64,000 nucleotides of DNA, taken from NCBI RefSeq assembly GCF_000143415.4, contig NW_003314291.1, positions 232,674 through 296,673 on the forward strand. The letters are read 5' to 3'. Source of the stretch: Selaginella moellendorffii (lineage: Eukaryota > Plantae > Lycopodiophyta). A model generated the notes under the pieces. The model made no database searches, had not been told where the DNA came from, and saw only the letters and a program-made list of their open reading frames with translations. Position 1 is the stretch's first letter. Every line of letters starts with the position of its first letter. Of the stretch, positions 21,142-32,658 are shown one piece after another. The position numbers were made by a program, and so were the translations under genes.

Positions 21142-23869
21142 ATGCGTCTCCAGGTAATCCAGCGCATCGATAGCGCGCTTTGTGTAAGCTCGATTTGCTC
21201 TGGCGCAGGGATTTCTTTCTGAGATGATCGTCTCAGGCCGGGCTTCTCATCGAATCTCTAAAAGAAGCCTCTACGCTGGATTATCGAAGTCCTTCGCTCG
21301 CATCAATGAGGTATTTTGATAGGTTTGAAACTTACATTGCCTTGCGATCTTTTCTCTTTTCTCTCTTTTCTAGAACGAGTCGCGAAGATGTTTCTCGAGT
21401 CCTGCAAAGGTTCCAACAGCGGAAGAGGCCGGGCAGCAAAAATCCGAAGCTACGAATAAAGCTACTCCCGCTGGATCGCCGAAAGTCCAGCCAGCAGCTG
21501 GAGCGCCGCCAAAGACCTCGAATCCACAACAGGCTGTGCAAAAACCTCCAGTAAAGCCCGCTCAAGTTCCAGTCGCCGGCGCAGCAAAACCTATCGTTTC
21601 TGCTGCCAAGCCTCAGGTATCTCAAGCTGCTGGACCTGCTAGCCAGAAACCACAAGCTCCACCTTCCACCGTCCACAAAACTCAAGCTTCTCCTCCTCCA
21701 CCAGGTCAGAAAGCTCAGGTTTCTCCAGGTGGTGTGAAGACGGTGCCTCCTCCTGTGACCAGAACTGTTCTTCCAACCGGACAGAAAGTATCTCAAGCAA
21801 CTTCTAGCGTGAGTCAGAAACCGAGTACGTGGAAGGTGTTAATGGCCTCCGGGGCTGTCGGAAGCGTGGTGCTGGGATTGTTCTACTGGCAGTTCCCCAG
21901 AATTCACGACGGATCGTCAGATGCTGGAGATAAAGGGAAGGATGCCGGTGATGCTGGCTTTCTTCCTGATCAGCATAACGCGGATGAGAAGTCAGCTGGG
22001 GAGGTTGGGAGTTCCGTGGCAACTGATTCTGGTGATACAGAGAAGAAAGAAGAAGAAGCTGTTGTGAACGTCGTGGTGGAGCCTGATAGCATCACAGTGG
22101 AAACTGTGCCGGTGGAGTCATTAGCTTCTGATCACGCTGAAAAGGACGAAACCGAGACTGGGAAAAGTAGTGAGGTAGTAGGAAAAGTAGAAGTTATCGA
22201 GGGAGAGGTCCCCTCGGAAGAAATTGTCGTGGAGATCGAACCAGATTCGCATGAAGAGGTTTCTATTATCGTCAGCAAATCGGAGGATGAAGAAGCTCAG
22301 ATAACTGTATCTGACGATAATCTGGTATACTTTCTTTCCATTTCTACCTCGTTTGTTTCTAATCTTTCTGCATATAGGTAGTGAAAATAAGAGAAGGAAA
22401 TGCAGATATCTCAGAACCTGTTTTGATTCAGCGCGGCCACGACGATCTTGTTCAAAGGCACGACAAGGGAAACTTGGTGGCATCTGATGACAGTGCTACC
22501 CCGAAAAGCACTGGATTGGATGTTGTCGCTGCCATTCATGCAGCCGAACAAAGGCAAGCAGAGATTGATGCAATGGTTTTCAAGGAACAGCTACAATTTC
22601 TCCAGGTTTTAGTTCTTTTGGAAGCGTGTTGATGCCTGAATGTTTGTTCAGGAGAAGTTCCAACATGAGTTGACAGGTGCAGAACGGAAGGCCTCGTCGT
22701 ACCAAGAGCAGATCAGACGCCTTCGGGAGGTACGTGGTTCTTGATCAATTTCCAATGGATGGATGAAATATCGTTTATATTTATTACAGGGCATGGAGAA
22801 CCAGAAGCTCACTCATGTCAGCCATCTGAAGAAGCAACAAGAGGAAGCTGAGTCTAGATTTCAAGAAAAAATGAAACTAAAGGTGTTGATTTTGTTCTTG
22901 TATCGGTAGTCATCCATATTTTTTCAGGACGAAGAAACTCAACGGCAGTTGGAGGAAGCTGAGCTTCGTGCGAAGGCGGAATCGGCTGCTGCAATAATAG
23001 AAGAACGGGCATCCTTTTTGAACGACATTGGTAGTGTTAAAGTGCATGTCCGTAAGAAAGTGTTGTAACTTTATTCTTTCTTGGCTGCTGAAACACGTCT
23101 TTTGTAGATGGAGGCTATGAACGCTGCCTTGGAAGCGAAATCGGAAGAAGCCCGTGAGGGCCACGAGATAAGGCAGCTTTCTTTGGTAATGTCCACAGCT
23201 TTCTTGGACGTGATCACTTACATTATCATTGTCAGGGGGCTTTCGCTTTGGAGGACGCCTTGCAAAACGGAGCACCCATTGAGAAAGAGGTCACGTCACT
23301 TCTAAAATCAGCCGGTGGCGACCCGCTGGTGGAAGTTGCAGTGACGACACTGCCAAAAGAGGTATTGGAAGTGGGAACCTTGACCCCCGCAGAGCTGGAC
23401 AGAAAGGTAATATTCTCTTTTCTCTTTCCCTTTGGGTTAAGTCTTATACCTTGCAGCTGAAAGACATGGAGGGAGCATTGAGGGAACTTGCATTGATGCC
23501 CCCCACTGGCGGGGGAGTCTTGTGCCACTTAATTGCTCGTCTCGCTTCGGCCCTCAAGGTTGCATCTATGAGATCAAACCACTGCTATTGTGACTTACAA
23601 GCTCGTGTACGCAGTTGCCTGATCACGCTTTGTATCTCGACTCTGGAGTGGACGCCGTCCTCGCTCGAGTCCAGGCCTTCGTGGCGAGCGGCAAGCTTCT
23701 CGACGCAGCCGAGGTCCTCTCGCTGGGCTTGTCTGGAACAAACGCCGATAAGCTTGCCGGGGAATGGGCCACTCAGGCCCGAAACAGAGCCGTCGCGGAA
23801 CAGGCCTGCGCACTGCTGAGAGCTCACGCAGCGGCACTGGCACTGAGTGAGAGCGAGCAAGCAAGCTAG
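21142..23869 (+). CDS. MIC60: MICOS subunit MIC60 / mitofilin, multi-exon
   Basis: Mitochondrial-presequence-like N-terminus (ATG 21142 or 21224), Pro/Ala linker, single TM (VLMASGAVGSVVLGLFYW), acidic and coiled-coil regions, C-terminal mitofilin domain GKLLDAAEVL...EWATQARNRAVAEQA. Confidence 0.88.
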
Positions 23870-23920
23870 AGGTATAAACAACTCTTTTCTATATCAAAAA
23901 AACATCGAAACGCGATTTTT

Positions 23921-24184
23921 TCAGATAGAAGACGCCATTGTGCGCTTCCTCTTTAGAATCCCAGGGAGGGGCACAGGCAAGCGATTGACAAAGAAGATGA
24001 GATAGGTGACGAGGAGCAAGAGAAGTAGAGCAGCGATGAGAGCCAGCGAGATTCTATTCCTCTTGACGGCTTTTCCATAATGCTTTGGCCTTGGCGGCGG
24101 CTGTGGTGCATCCGAGGAAGAAGGGAAAACGATGCGAACTTCGTCTGACGATGCGCTCTTGTTCACTAAACACCACTCGTCCAT
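23921..24184 (-). CDS. Small single-pass membrane protein, 87 aa, unknown
   Basis: ATG start; Pro-rich then basic patch; TM ISLALIAALLLLLLVTYLIFFV; TATAAAA ~35 bp upstream on the minus strand. Confidence 0.55.
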   Translation of the reverse strand: MDEWCLVNKSASSDEVRIVFPSSSDAPQPPPRPKHYGKAVKRNRISLALIAALLLLLLVTYLIFFVNRLPVPLPGILKRKRTMASSI

Positions 24185-24396
24185 GGCTGCCCTAATAAAG
24201 CCGCCCGGCCACCTTTTTTATACGGCCAACAAATAGCCATTGTCATATATGGAAAGCATTTTTATGCTGATGGCCACCTTTAAGAATATCTTAAAGATAA
24301 TGCCTAATGTTGGCATCAAGCTTAAAAGCTGCCTCTGCAAGCCTTCTCTTCAATCTCACTTGGCTAGGGTGTACATTTCTTTTCTTTGCAACATCA

Positions 24397-24599
24397 ATGG
24401 CACAATCTAAGCTATTTCTTGTGCTCTTAGTAATAATTCTTCTGGAAGTTAGGGCAACAAGCTTGTTGTCGTAGAGAATTGCATTTGCCCAATATACACT
24501 AGACTAGGAGAACTATGTGCTCTTGACTACTTCTGCATTTCTTACATTTGTTTTGCCACACTGCTTGTTCGCGGCTTAGTTTCTTCATATTACTATTAA
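24397..24599 (+). pseudogene. Small secreted Cys-rich peptide, copy A (frameshifted)
   Basis: MAQSKLFLVLLVI signal, then NCICPIYTRLGELCALDYFCISYIC in another frame; homologous to 25787-25995 and 28420-28682. Confidence 0.7.
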
Positions 24600-25407
24600 G
24601 AATGTCTCATCAGAGCTTTAGGAAAAGCCATCTGATATGTGTGTAATGTAATGAATAAAAAGTGTTGCATATTCTTCATCACATTAGTTTAACTTGGACA
24701 TGTTGTTTACATAGAAGATATCCTCACATTGATATGATCTAAACCTTCTCTATAAGCCATTTCATAAAAATCCATCATTCACTTTGTACTCTCCACTCAA
24801 ACTAATGGAAAAATGCTTGTTAAATATTAATCCTAACATTTAACATTAGTAGTTCGTGGTAAGGTAAACTTAATTATATAAGAGTTTAGAACTCTATATA
24901 TATACGACATATACATTATAAAAGAATCCACTATAGACAAAAATATTAAAACACCAATCAATTGAGGAGAAAATATTCAATGATAAGAGTATTGACTTCC
25001 ACCCAAAAACTCAAAGTAGATAAAAGTAATAATTATATAATCATTGTTAGTAGTCAACCATGGAAAAAACCTCATAAGATTAAATGCCACAAGCCTAAAC
25101 AAATGACAAATTGCAATTAACTCAAATTGTTCTTTTGCAACATGAGGGGGAGTATTATAAGATTTGCACTAAATGTAGTTATGTTGGATAATACATTATA
25201 TTTTTGGCCAATAGAAAAACCTATGTAACTTCTTGGTCACACAATGATGTCTTATGTGCTCACTTAGAATTGAAAAGTCACAGTAGATATAAAGAACGTG
25301 TGGAATAAAGATCAAAGGCACCACCAGCCATAAATAATTATTTAGTCAAACTAAATTTAAATGTAAAACTTATAGATGAAAATTAGTAGTCAAATAATTT
25401 TTGAATA

Positions 25408-26530
25408 CTTTATTTGACTTATTGACTTTCCATTTGACTTTTTTTGAGCTTAGTGAGGCTTTGTTAATATAAAGTTTTTATGAGTTTTTTCTTGAGGATG
25501 AGGATGGTGTAAAAGATGAAGACAACAGTGTGAGCATTGTAACAACAATCATCCAAGAAATATCTTTCCAATTTTATGCTTTGCAAAACCATGTAAACAA
25601 TATATATAGTTTTTTTCTTATGCCTTATTTCTTCTTCTTGTTCTATTGGAATATGGATTCTTATAAAATGGCAATATTAATTATTCAATACATCACACAC
25701 ATATCAGATGGCTTCTCCCATGCATTTTAGAGCTCTGATGGGACTTGCTTAATAGTAACATGAAGAAATTGAGCCCTTAATAGTGCCTAAGCAAGTAATA
25801 TGGCAGAGCAAAAATAGGAAATGCAATAGTAGTTTGGAGCACATAGTTCTCCTGGTCCAGTGTATATCAAGCAAACACAATTAATACAATAACATCCTTT
25901 ACTGCAACCACCTCTAACAAGCTCATTGCTCTCCTCAACTGAACTTCCAGTAGCGATAACAAGAAGTAAAAAACAAATGGCTTGAAGTGTGCTATTGATG
26001 TAGAATTGTGCAAAGAAAAGAACTAGCCAAAGTGAGATTGAAGAGAGGCTTATAAAAGCTTTTAAGTTTGATGCCCACAACAACAATAAGATTGCAAGCT
26101 GGCCATTATTTTAAAGATATTCTTAAAGGTGGCCATCCAAAGTGATTAAATAGTGCCAATTCCATTGGAATGCTTTTCATATATGAAAATAATAATTTGT
26201 TGGTTGGTCCCATGATTCTTAATTGGACTATAAAAAATCTTATATATATGATTTATAGATCAAAATTGGTCTTTGAAGACTTTATTTGACTTTTATTGAC
26301 TTTCCATTTGACTTTTTAAGCTTGGTGAGGCCTTGTCAACATAAAACTTTCATGAGTTTTTTCTTCAAAGCAATACAAACCTTTATAACAAGGATGAGGA
26401 TGGTGCAAAAGACAAAGATAAGGGATTATAACAACAATCATCTAAGAAATATCTTTCCAGTTTCATGCTTTGCAAAACCATATAAACAATATATATAGAT
26501 TTTTACTTGTGCCCTTGTTCCATTGGAATA
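25408..26530. repeat. ~250-bp direct repeats (25408-25650 and 26280-26530) flanking CRP copy B
   Basis: ctttatttgact..attgactttccatttgactttt...aggatgaggatggtg...aagaaatatctttcca...atgctttgcaaaaccat occurs twice. Confidence 0.85.
25787..25995 (-). pseudogene. Small secreted Cys-rich peptide, copy B (start codon ATG->ATA, frameshift in signal)
   Basis: LLVIATGSSVEE...GCSKGCYCINCVCLIYTGPGELCAPNYYCISYFC; ATA GCA CAC TTC AAG CCA TTT aligns with MAQSKPF of copy C. Confidence 0.7.
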
Positions 26531-28419
26531 TCTATTGGTTGATTTCTTTTCTTAATCTTACAATATATAGTTTATTTAAGAGGATCCTTACTTAGTCAAA
26601 AGGATCATAATAAGTGTTCTAAAAAATTGGACTATAAGTTTATAAAATTTGGCATCATATTCAATAAGTTGTTCCCCCAGAAATTATGCATTTACATGTA
26701 AGTTCCTAGATTTAGACTTTCAAGAGGTTATTTAGCCCAATATTATTTAAACTTAAAGAGATTTAATCCCAAACATCTTAAGACTATTTTTTTTATGGCC
26801 CTTTCACTATATATTCAAACTCTAACAAATCATTTCTTTAATCAATTTTTTATAATCCACTACACTTCCCTGTAAGTTTATGCATTTATGAATGGAAGCT
26901 AAAAGTTGCAACTCTTCTAAAAATCCTACACTCATAGCACTTGTGGTGTGATCAACTAACAACTTGAGAATCCCACTTTTATGACACCCTACCCCTTGAG
27001 TTTATAGTCCAATTGAAGCAAATTAAACCATCAAATGTCAACCTAAACATATAGTATAATTCCCTTAGTTAACTAATAGAATTAAAGCCAAAACCCTTAT
27101 GATACCAAAATATAAACTCTTGAATTTAAAATTTCCTAAAAAGTCATCTAACCACCTAAATATCACCTAAATATCCAAAGTCTTTTAACTAATTAGAAAC
27201 TCTTTCTCATAAGACCTTTCCCTCTCTATTTGAGATCACTCTTGAGTTGTTTTTTTTTTTTTTTTTTTTGCTGCTAATAATATAGTAAAATACTTCATAT
27301 AAAGGGAAAATAAACTGCACCACTTATAGATCCATCTATACTTCTTTTTTTTTTAATGTTTCTCCAAATCTTGGCCTATCAACTAGAGAGCCCTAATTAT
27401 TTTCCATTTTTCTGAAAAAAAGAGATGATGTGAAGTCTAGGTGTATGGCTACAATGTTATATATTAATATTAGTGTAGTAGTATTTTGATATCCATTGGA
27501 TTATTTACTCTTGTTTATAATCTATTTTGGGCTAATTGAAAGTGCACATTTTCGTATTCTTATCCACTCATAGGTGTATATATGTATGTATGTATGTATG
27601 TATACATATATATATATACAATGGCTATATATATGTGCTTAAAGAAGATTTAAAATATCCATCAAGAACTTTATGCAGATGGTGTTGAAGTTAATGCATG
27701 AAAGAAAGATATTTTAAATCCTGGAATTGCTCATTAGTGGTGAAATTTTCCAGCTTTTTATTTTAATGATTAACTATTTATATATCATCACTTACTATGT
27801 TCTACTAGCAATTTGTTCAAATGATCCATTGGGAACTATCAAGGAGATGATCCAGAGCATGCCCTTTATGCCAGATTCTTTCAATTGGACGTAATCCTAT
27901 TCTAATGTGGATCATCACGGTGTATGGGCTCTTGTTTAAGAATAAAGAATGATTTTTTCTTTAGCATTTTAGACTTTTGTGTTATTATCAAATTTAAACT
28001 GTCAGTTAAAAAATAAATTCATAAGAGTTGGATTTTAAAAAAATACTAAACTACATTCATTTCATGACTGACTGTGAAAGCATGGATTATTTAAATTAAG
28101 GGATGATTTATGTAAAGCACTATTATGTACTTAAAAGGAAATGGAAGTTTTGTAAATGAAGAACTGGCACCCAATGTGGACCTTTTAACCACCGAAAGTA
28201 ATCAGCTTACAAGTTTCTGTCGTCCTTCTAACTCTTGTGCTTCTGGGACCATCTCCATAAAAACAAATTCATTTGTGCATGGGCAACAAAAAGCAGCCAG
28301 CCAGCTGGCTGAAATCAACGTTTCTGTCGTTGCTGCAAGCTTCGAGCATAAAAGCCTACGCAATCCTCTGCTCAATCTCGCTGAGCTCGCATATATATTT
28401 CTTATTTGCACAAGTCTAC

Positions 28420-28682
28420 ATGATGGCACAATCCAAGCCGTTTCTCGCGCTTATGATAGCACTTGTTATTGCTGCTGCTACTGGCGCTGGTGGAAGTTGC
28501 GTTGAGCAGCGCAGCGCGCTAGCTGCGATGGATGCCACTGCACCGAATGCGTTTGCCCGGTAGGAGTTGGACCAGGATGCACTCCCGCGTGCCACTGCGC
28601 TTCTTGCGTTTGCCCTGCCTCGCCGCTGGCTCAGGAACTGCTCGGGGCTCAGTTTCTTCATGTTTCCCTTAAACATGCTTGA
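28420..28682 (+). pseudogene. Small secreted Cys-rich peptide, copy C (single frameshift at a CAGCG duplication, 28507-28516)
   Basis: MMAQSKPFLALMIALVIAAATGAGGSCVEQR; removing one CAGCG gives ASCDGCHCTECVCPVGVGPGCTPACHCASCVCPASPLAQELLGAQFLHVSLKHA*. Confidence 0.75.
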
Positions 28683-28961
28683 TCTCTCATAGCTCATGGG
28701 AGAAGCCGTTAAGCATGCTTGATCTCTCATAGCTCATGGGAGTAACCGCTTGATGTGTGTGTACTCGTATCGAATATAGTGTGTTGCCGCTGCATCTAAT
28801 AGTATGTGTTGCCATTTCATAGAAGATTAAGAACTCCAAACAATTCAGCCCAAGGCCACACAATGCAATAGAGTTTTAAACTCTTTGAAATTTCAAAACA
28901 AAACATTACAACCAAAAAGCCTATCGCGAGCTATACATCTTAATACATGTCATGTACACTT

Positions 28962-30923
28962 CTAGTCAACTTCCTCGATCTTGGGCCCCGGGCCATCGGA
29001 TCCGCCCGAGCCTCCTCCAAACCCAGCGCCGCCGCCTGGAGCGGCGCCGCCGGCACCACCACCACCACCACCACCCTGGTACATTCTCGCGATCACCGGG
29101 TTGCAGATCCCCTCGAGCTCCTTCTGCTTGTCCTCGAGCTCCTCCACCTCCGCCAGCTGATTCGCATCCAGCCACTCGATCGTCTTGTTGATCGCCTCCT
29201 CGATCTTCTTCTTGTCCGCGGGATCCAGCTTCCCAGCCACATTGTCGTCCCGGAGCGTGTTCCTCATGTTGTACGCATAGTTCTCCAGCGCGTTCCTGGC
29301 GTCGATCTTCTTCCTCGCCTCATCGTCCTCCGCCTTGAACTTCTCCGCCTCCTGGACGAGCTTGCTGATCTCCTCCTTGCTCAGCCGCCCCTTGTCATTC
29401 GTGATGACGATCTTGTTCTTCTTCCCGGTCGTCTTGTCCTCCGCCGAGACGTTGAGGATACCATTGGCGTCCATGTCGAACGCCACCGTGATCTGCGGGA
29501 CACCCCTGGGAGCCGGAGGAATGCCGGAGAGCTCGAACTTCCCCAGGAGATTGTTGTCTCGGGTCCGAGCACGCTCGCCCTCGAACACCTGGATCAAGAC
29601 GCCCGGCTGGTTGTCCGAGTACGTCGAGAAGATCTGCTCCTTCCTAGCCGGAATGGTGGTGTTCCGCGGGATGAGCGTCGTCATGACTCCTCCGGCGGTC
29701 TCCAGTCCCAGCGAGAGCGGAGCTACGTCGAGGAGCACCACCTCTTGCACCTTCTCGTGCTCCACGCCGCTGAGGATCGCCGCCTGGACCGCCGCGCCAT
29801 ACGCCACCGCCTCGTCCGGGTTGATGCTCTTGCACAGGTCCTTGCCATTGAAGAAGTCCTGGAGTAGCTGCTGGACTTTGGGGATCCGGGTGGAGCCGCC
29901 GACGAGAACCACGTCATGGATGGATCCCTTGTCCATCTTCGAGTCCTTGAGGCACTTCTCCACTGGCTCCATGCACTTGCGGAACAAATCCATGCACAGC
30001 TCCTCGAACCTGGCCCGGGTGATGCTCGCGTTGAAGTCGATCCCCTCGTACAGCGACTCGACGTTGATCGTCGTCTGGGACGTGGACGAGAGCGTCCGCT
30101 TGGCTCGCTCGCAGGCCGTCCTCAATCGCCGCAGCGCTCTGGCGTTGTCACTGATGTCCTTGCGGTACTTCCGCTTGAACTCCTGCGCGAAGAAGTTCAC
30201 CATCCTGTTGTCGAAGTCCTCGCCACCCAAGTGCGTGTCTCCGGCCGTGGCCTTGACCTCGAACACCCCCTGGTCGATCGTGAGGGTCGAGACATCGAAA
30301 GTTCCACCGCCCAAGTCGAAGATCAAGATGTTCTTCTCGCCGGTGCTCGACGACTTCTTGTCCAGGCCGTAGGCGATGGCCGCCGCGGTGGGCTCGTTGA
30401 TGATCCTCAGCACATTCAAACCCGCGATCACCCCGGCGTCCTTGGTAGCCTGGCGCTGCGAGTCATTGAAATAGGCAGGCACCGTCACCACCGCGTCCTT
30501 GACGCTCTTGCCCACGAAAACCTCCGCGATCTCCTTCATCTTGGTGAGAACCATGGAGGAGATCTCCTCGGCCGAGAATTGCTTCTGCTCGTTCTTGTAA
30601 GTCACCACGATCATGGGCTTGTCGCTCGGCCCCGCGATCACCTTGAAGGGCCACAGCTTCATGTCCGCCTGGACGGATGGATCGCTGAATTTCCTGCCGA
30701 TGAGCCGCTTGGCATCGAAAACGGTGTTGGAGGGATTGAGGGCGACCTGGTTCTTGGCGGCATCGCCGATGAGCCGCTCCGTGTCCGTGAAAGCGACATA
30801 GCTGGGCGTCGTCCGGTTGCCCTGATCGTTGGCGATGATCTCCACTCGATCGTGCTGCCAAACCCCGACGCACGAGTACGTCGTGCCCAGGTCGATCCCT
30901 ACTGCTGGCGCTGTCGACGACAT
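28962..30923 (-). CDS. HSP70: Cytosolic heat-shock protein 70, intronless
   Basis: [25 protein letters not shown] and C-terminal GPKIEEVD; first ATG at 30923. Confidence 0.98.
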   Translation of the reverse strand: MSSTAPAVGIDLGTTYSCVGVWQHDRVEIIANDQGNRTTPSYVAFTDTERLIGDAAKNQVALNPSNTVFDAKRLIGRKFSDPSVQADMKLWPFKVIAGPSDKPMIVVTYKNEQKQFSAEEISSMVLTKMKEIAEVFVGKSVKDAVVTVPAYFNDSQRQATKDAGVIAGLNVLRIINEPTAAAIAYGLDKKSSSTGEKNILIFDLGGGTFDVSTLTIDQGVFEVKATAGDTHLGGEDFDNRMVNFFAQEFKRKYRKDISDNARALRRLRTACERAKRTLSSTSQTTINVESLYEGIDFNASITRARFEELCMDLFRKCMEPVEKCLKDSKMDKGSIHDVVLVGGSTRIPKVQQLLQDFFNGKDLCKSINPDEAVAYGAAVQAAILSGVEHEKVQEVVLLDVAPLSLGLETAGGVMTTLIPRNTTIPARKEQIFSTYSDNQPGVLIQVFEGERARTRDNNLLGKFELSGIPPAPRGVPQITVAFDMDANGILNVSAEDKTTGKKNKIVITNDKGRLSKEEISKLVQEAEKFKAEDDEARKKIDARNALENYAYNMRNTLRDDNVAGKLDPADKKKIEEAINKTIEWLDANQLAEVEELEDKQKELEGICNPVIARMYQGGGGGGGAGGAAPGGGAGFGGGSGGSDGPGPKIEEVD

Positions 30924-31038
30924 TGCGACCTTGCTCACTCGATTTCTAGAGAATCTAGCTACGAATTTCTTTCTTTCCACTCACCGATCGATCGAAATCT
31001 TCTTTCTTGCTTCTTGGAATGCCAGAGAAAAACCCTCG

Positions 31039-31200
31039 CATTTATATACCAGGATAGGAAAGCTCCAGAGCGCTCTGGAAAGCTCCAGAGCGCTCTAGAG
31101 AGTGCTGGAATTTGCCACGTCTACACCACCAGTATTTTACCTGGCCAGGTGTCAACGAGCCACGCGGCAGAGTTAGGGTTTAGGGCAATTTTTTAGGGTT
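31039..31200. promoter_or_regulatory. Bidirectional HSP70/RPL36 promoter: TATA box, degenerate heat-shock-element array (31057-31111), telo-boxes
   Basis: TATATAAA on the minus strand at ~31041-31048; alternating nGAAn/nCTCn pentamers; TAGGGTTT at 31174-31181. Confidence 0.75.
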
Positions 31201-31211
31201 CTTGGGCGGCG

Positions 31212-31655
31212 ATGGCGCCCAGCGTAGCGAGCGGGGGCATTGCCATCGGCCTCAACAAGGGCCATGTCGTCACCAAGAGGACGCCGGCGAAGCGGCCGAT
31301 CGCGATGCGAGGGGTAAATCTTAGATCTGGTGTTTCAGCTGCTAGAAATCCTCGAAATCTCTCTTGTCTTTTGTGTAGAAAGGGCAGAAGAGGACGCTGT
31401 TCGTGAGGAAGCTCATCCGGGAGGTCGTGGGGTTTGCGCCCTACGAGAAGAGGATCACGGAGCTTCTCAAGGTCGGCAAGGACAAGCGCGCATTGAAGGT
31501 CGCCAAGCGAAAGCTTGGGTCTCATCTGAGAGCCAAGAAGAAGCGCGAGGAAATGTCCACTGTTCTAAGGAAGATGAGGTGCCTATGCATTTTCTTTCTA
31601 GCCATTGTATCTTTAGCTCACAGTTCTTGTGACTTTCAGGTCTTCCGGGAAGTGA
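31212..31655 (+). CDS. RPL36: 60S ribosomal protein L36, 3 exons
   Basis: [38 protein letters not shown] and AKKKREEMS. Confidence 0.97.
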
Positions 31656-31758
31656 GAGACTGTTTTTTCCAAACTTTTTTCTTTGAATCAATCGCAACGA
31701 CTCGTATTAACAGATCGATCGAGCTCGATATGGTACAGACCCGTGTTTCGTGTTGTCT

Positions 31759-32492
31759 CTATCGTTTCTTCTTGAGCATATCTCTGACTTCGTCTAGGAC
31801 AAGCCATGCCTGGTGGCCGCCTATAACTTCACCTTGCTTCTCTCCGTTTCGCCAAAGCTTGAGGAAAATCCGAAAGTGAGAATGGACAAGGGAAGAGGAT
31901 CGATCATTGCTTGCTTACCTGAATCGTGGGCATTTTCTGCAGATCAAACAAGCCAAGAACTGAGAACTTGGAACTTCAAAAGCAAAGAAAAAACTCGAGG
32001 TTCGTTCGATCTTTTACCGTGACTGACGCTCGCTCTATGAGTGATTTTGGCACACAATTCACGTCCACGCAGTAGAAGTTGATGCTGGTTCACGCAAGAC
32101 TCGAGATGAGAATCGCCAAGAACGTCGAGACAAGAGGGATTTCTTACTGTGGATAGAACTCGGCCCCAAGCTTCTCGAGCTTGGGCTTCAAGTAGATGCA
32201 CTTCCGACACCACAGTGCCATCCTGGAAGGTTTGGAGTTTTACCAAATGATATGCGGTGCTCGAAAGTTACCATTCGATCACTGCTCCTTTGTTGGATTC
32301 CTGGCAGTCGAGTAGAACGCGGTCGAATTCCTCCTCGCTTGTGATGGGCTGGAGCTCAACCTTGTCGGGCTTTTGGATTCCTCCCCACCAGGTAGCGGCT
32401 TGGATTGCCATTCCTTTCCTTGAGTTGGGCGTATTGGGCGGACAGGGAGAGAATCTAATGAGAGATTGCGAGGGCAAGAGCGCGGACGCCAT
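31759..32492 (-). CDS. WCRKC: Plastid WCRKC-type thioredoxin, 5 exons
   Basis: Spliced product: transit peptide, [30 protein letters not shown] and [16 protein letters not shown]. Confidence 0.92.
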
Positions 32493-32658
32493 GGATAGAG
32501 ATAAATCCGATAAGCGAATATTTTTAACCAACATGGAATATTCTTTTATTAGGGCAGCTGAAATTAAAGGACGCGTGGAATGGTTTTAGGGCAATTAACC
32601 AGTTCCTTAAGCGAATTAGAGAATATTCGTTAACCAGCAAGGAATATTCTGTAGGGCA

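Larger units (their letters stand above)
24243..26188. repeat. Inverted duplication: arm 24243-24660 vs arm 25681-26188
   Basis: atggccacctttaagaatatcttaaagataatg (~24270) is the reverse complement of cattattttaaagatattcttaaaggtggccat (~26105); ggagaactatgtgctc vs gagcacatagttctcc; agccatctgatatgtgtgt vs acacacatatcagatggct. Confidence 0.9.

Noticed and set aside
28947-31196. Long plus-strand ORFs (306, 345 and 426 aa) antisense to HSP70
   Set aside because: Shadow ORFs expected from the strongly GC3-biased HSP70 codons; no independent motifs
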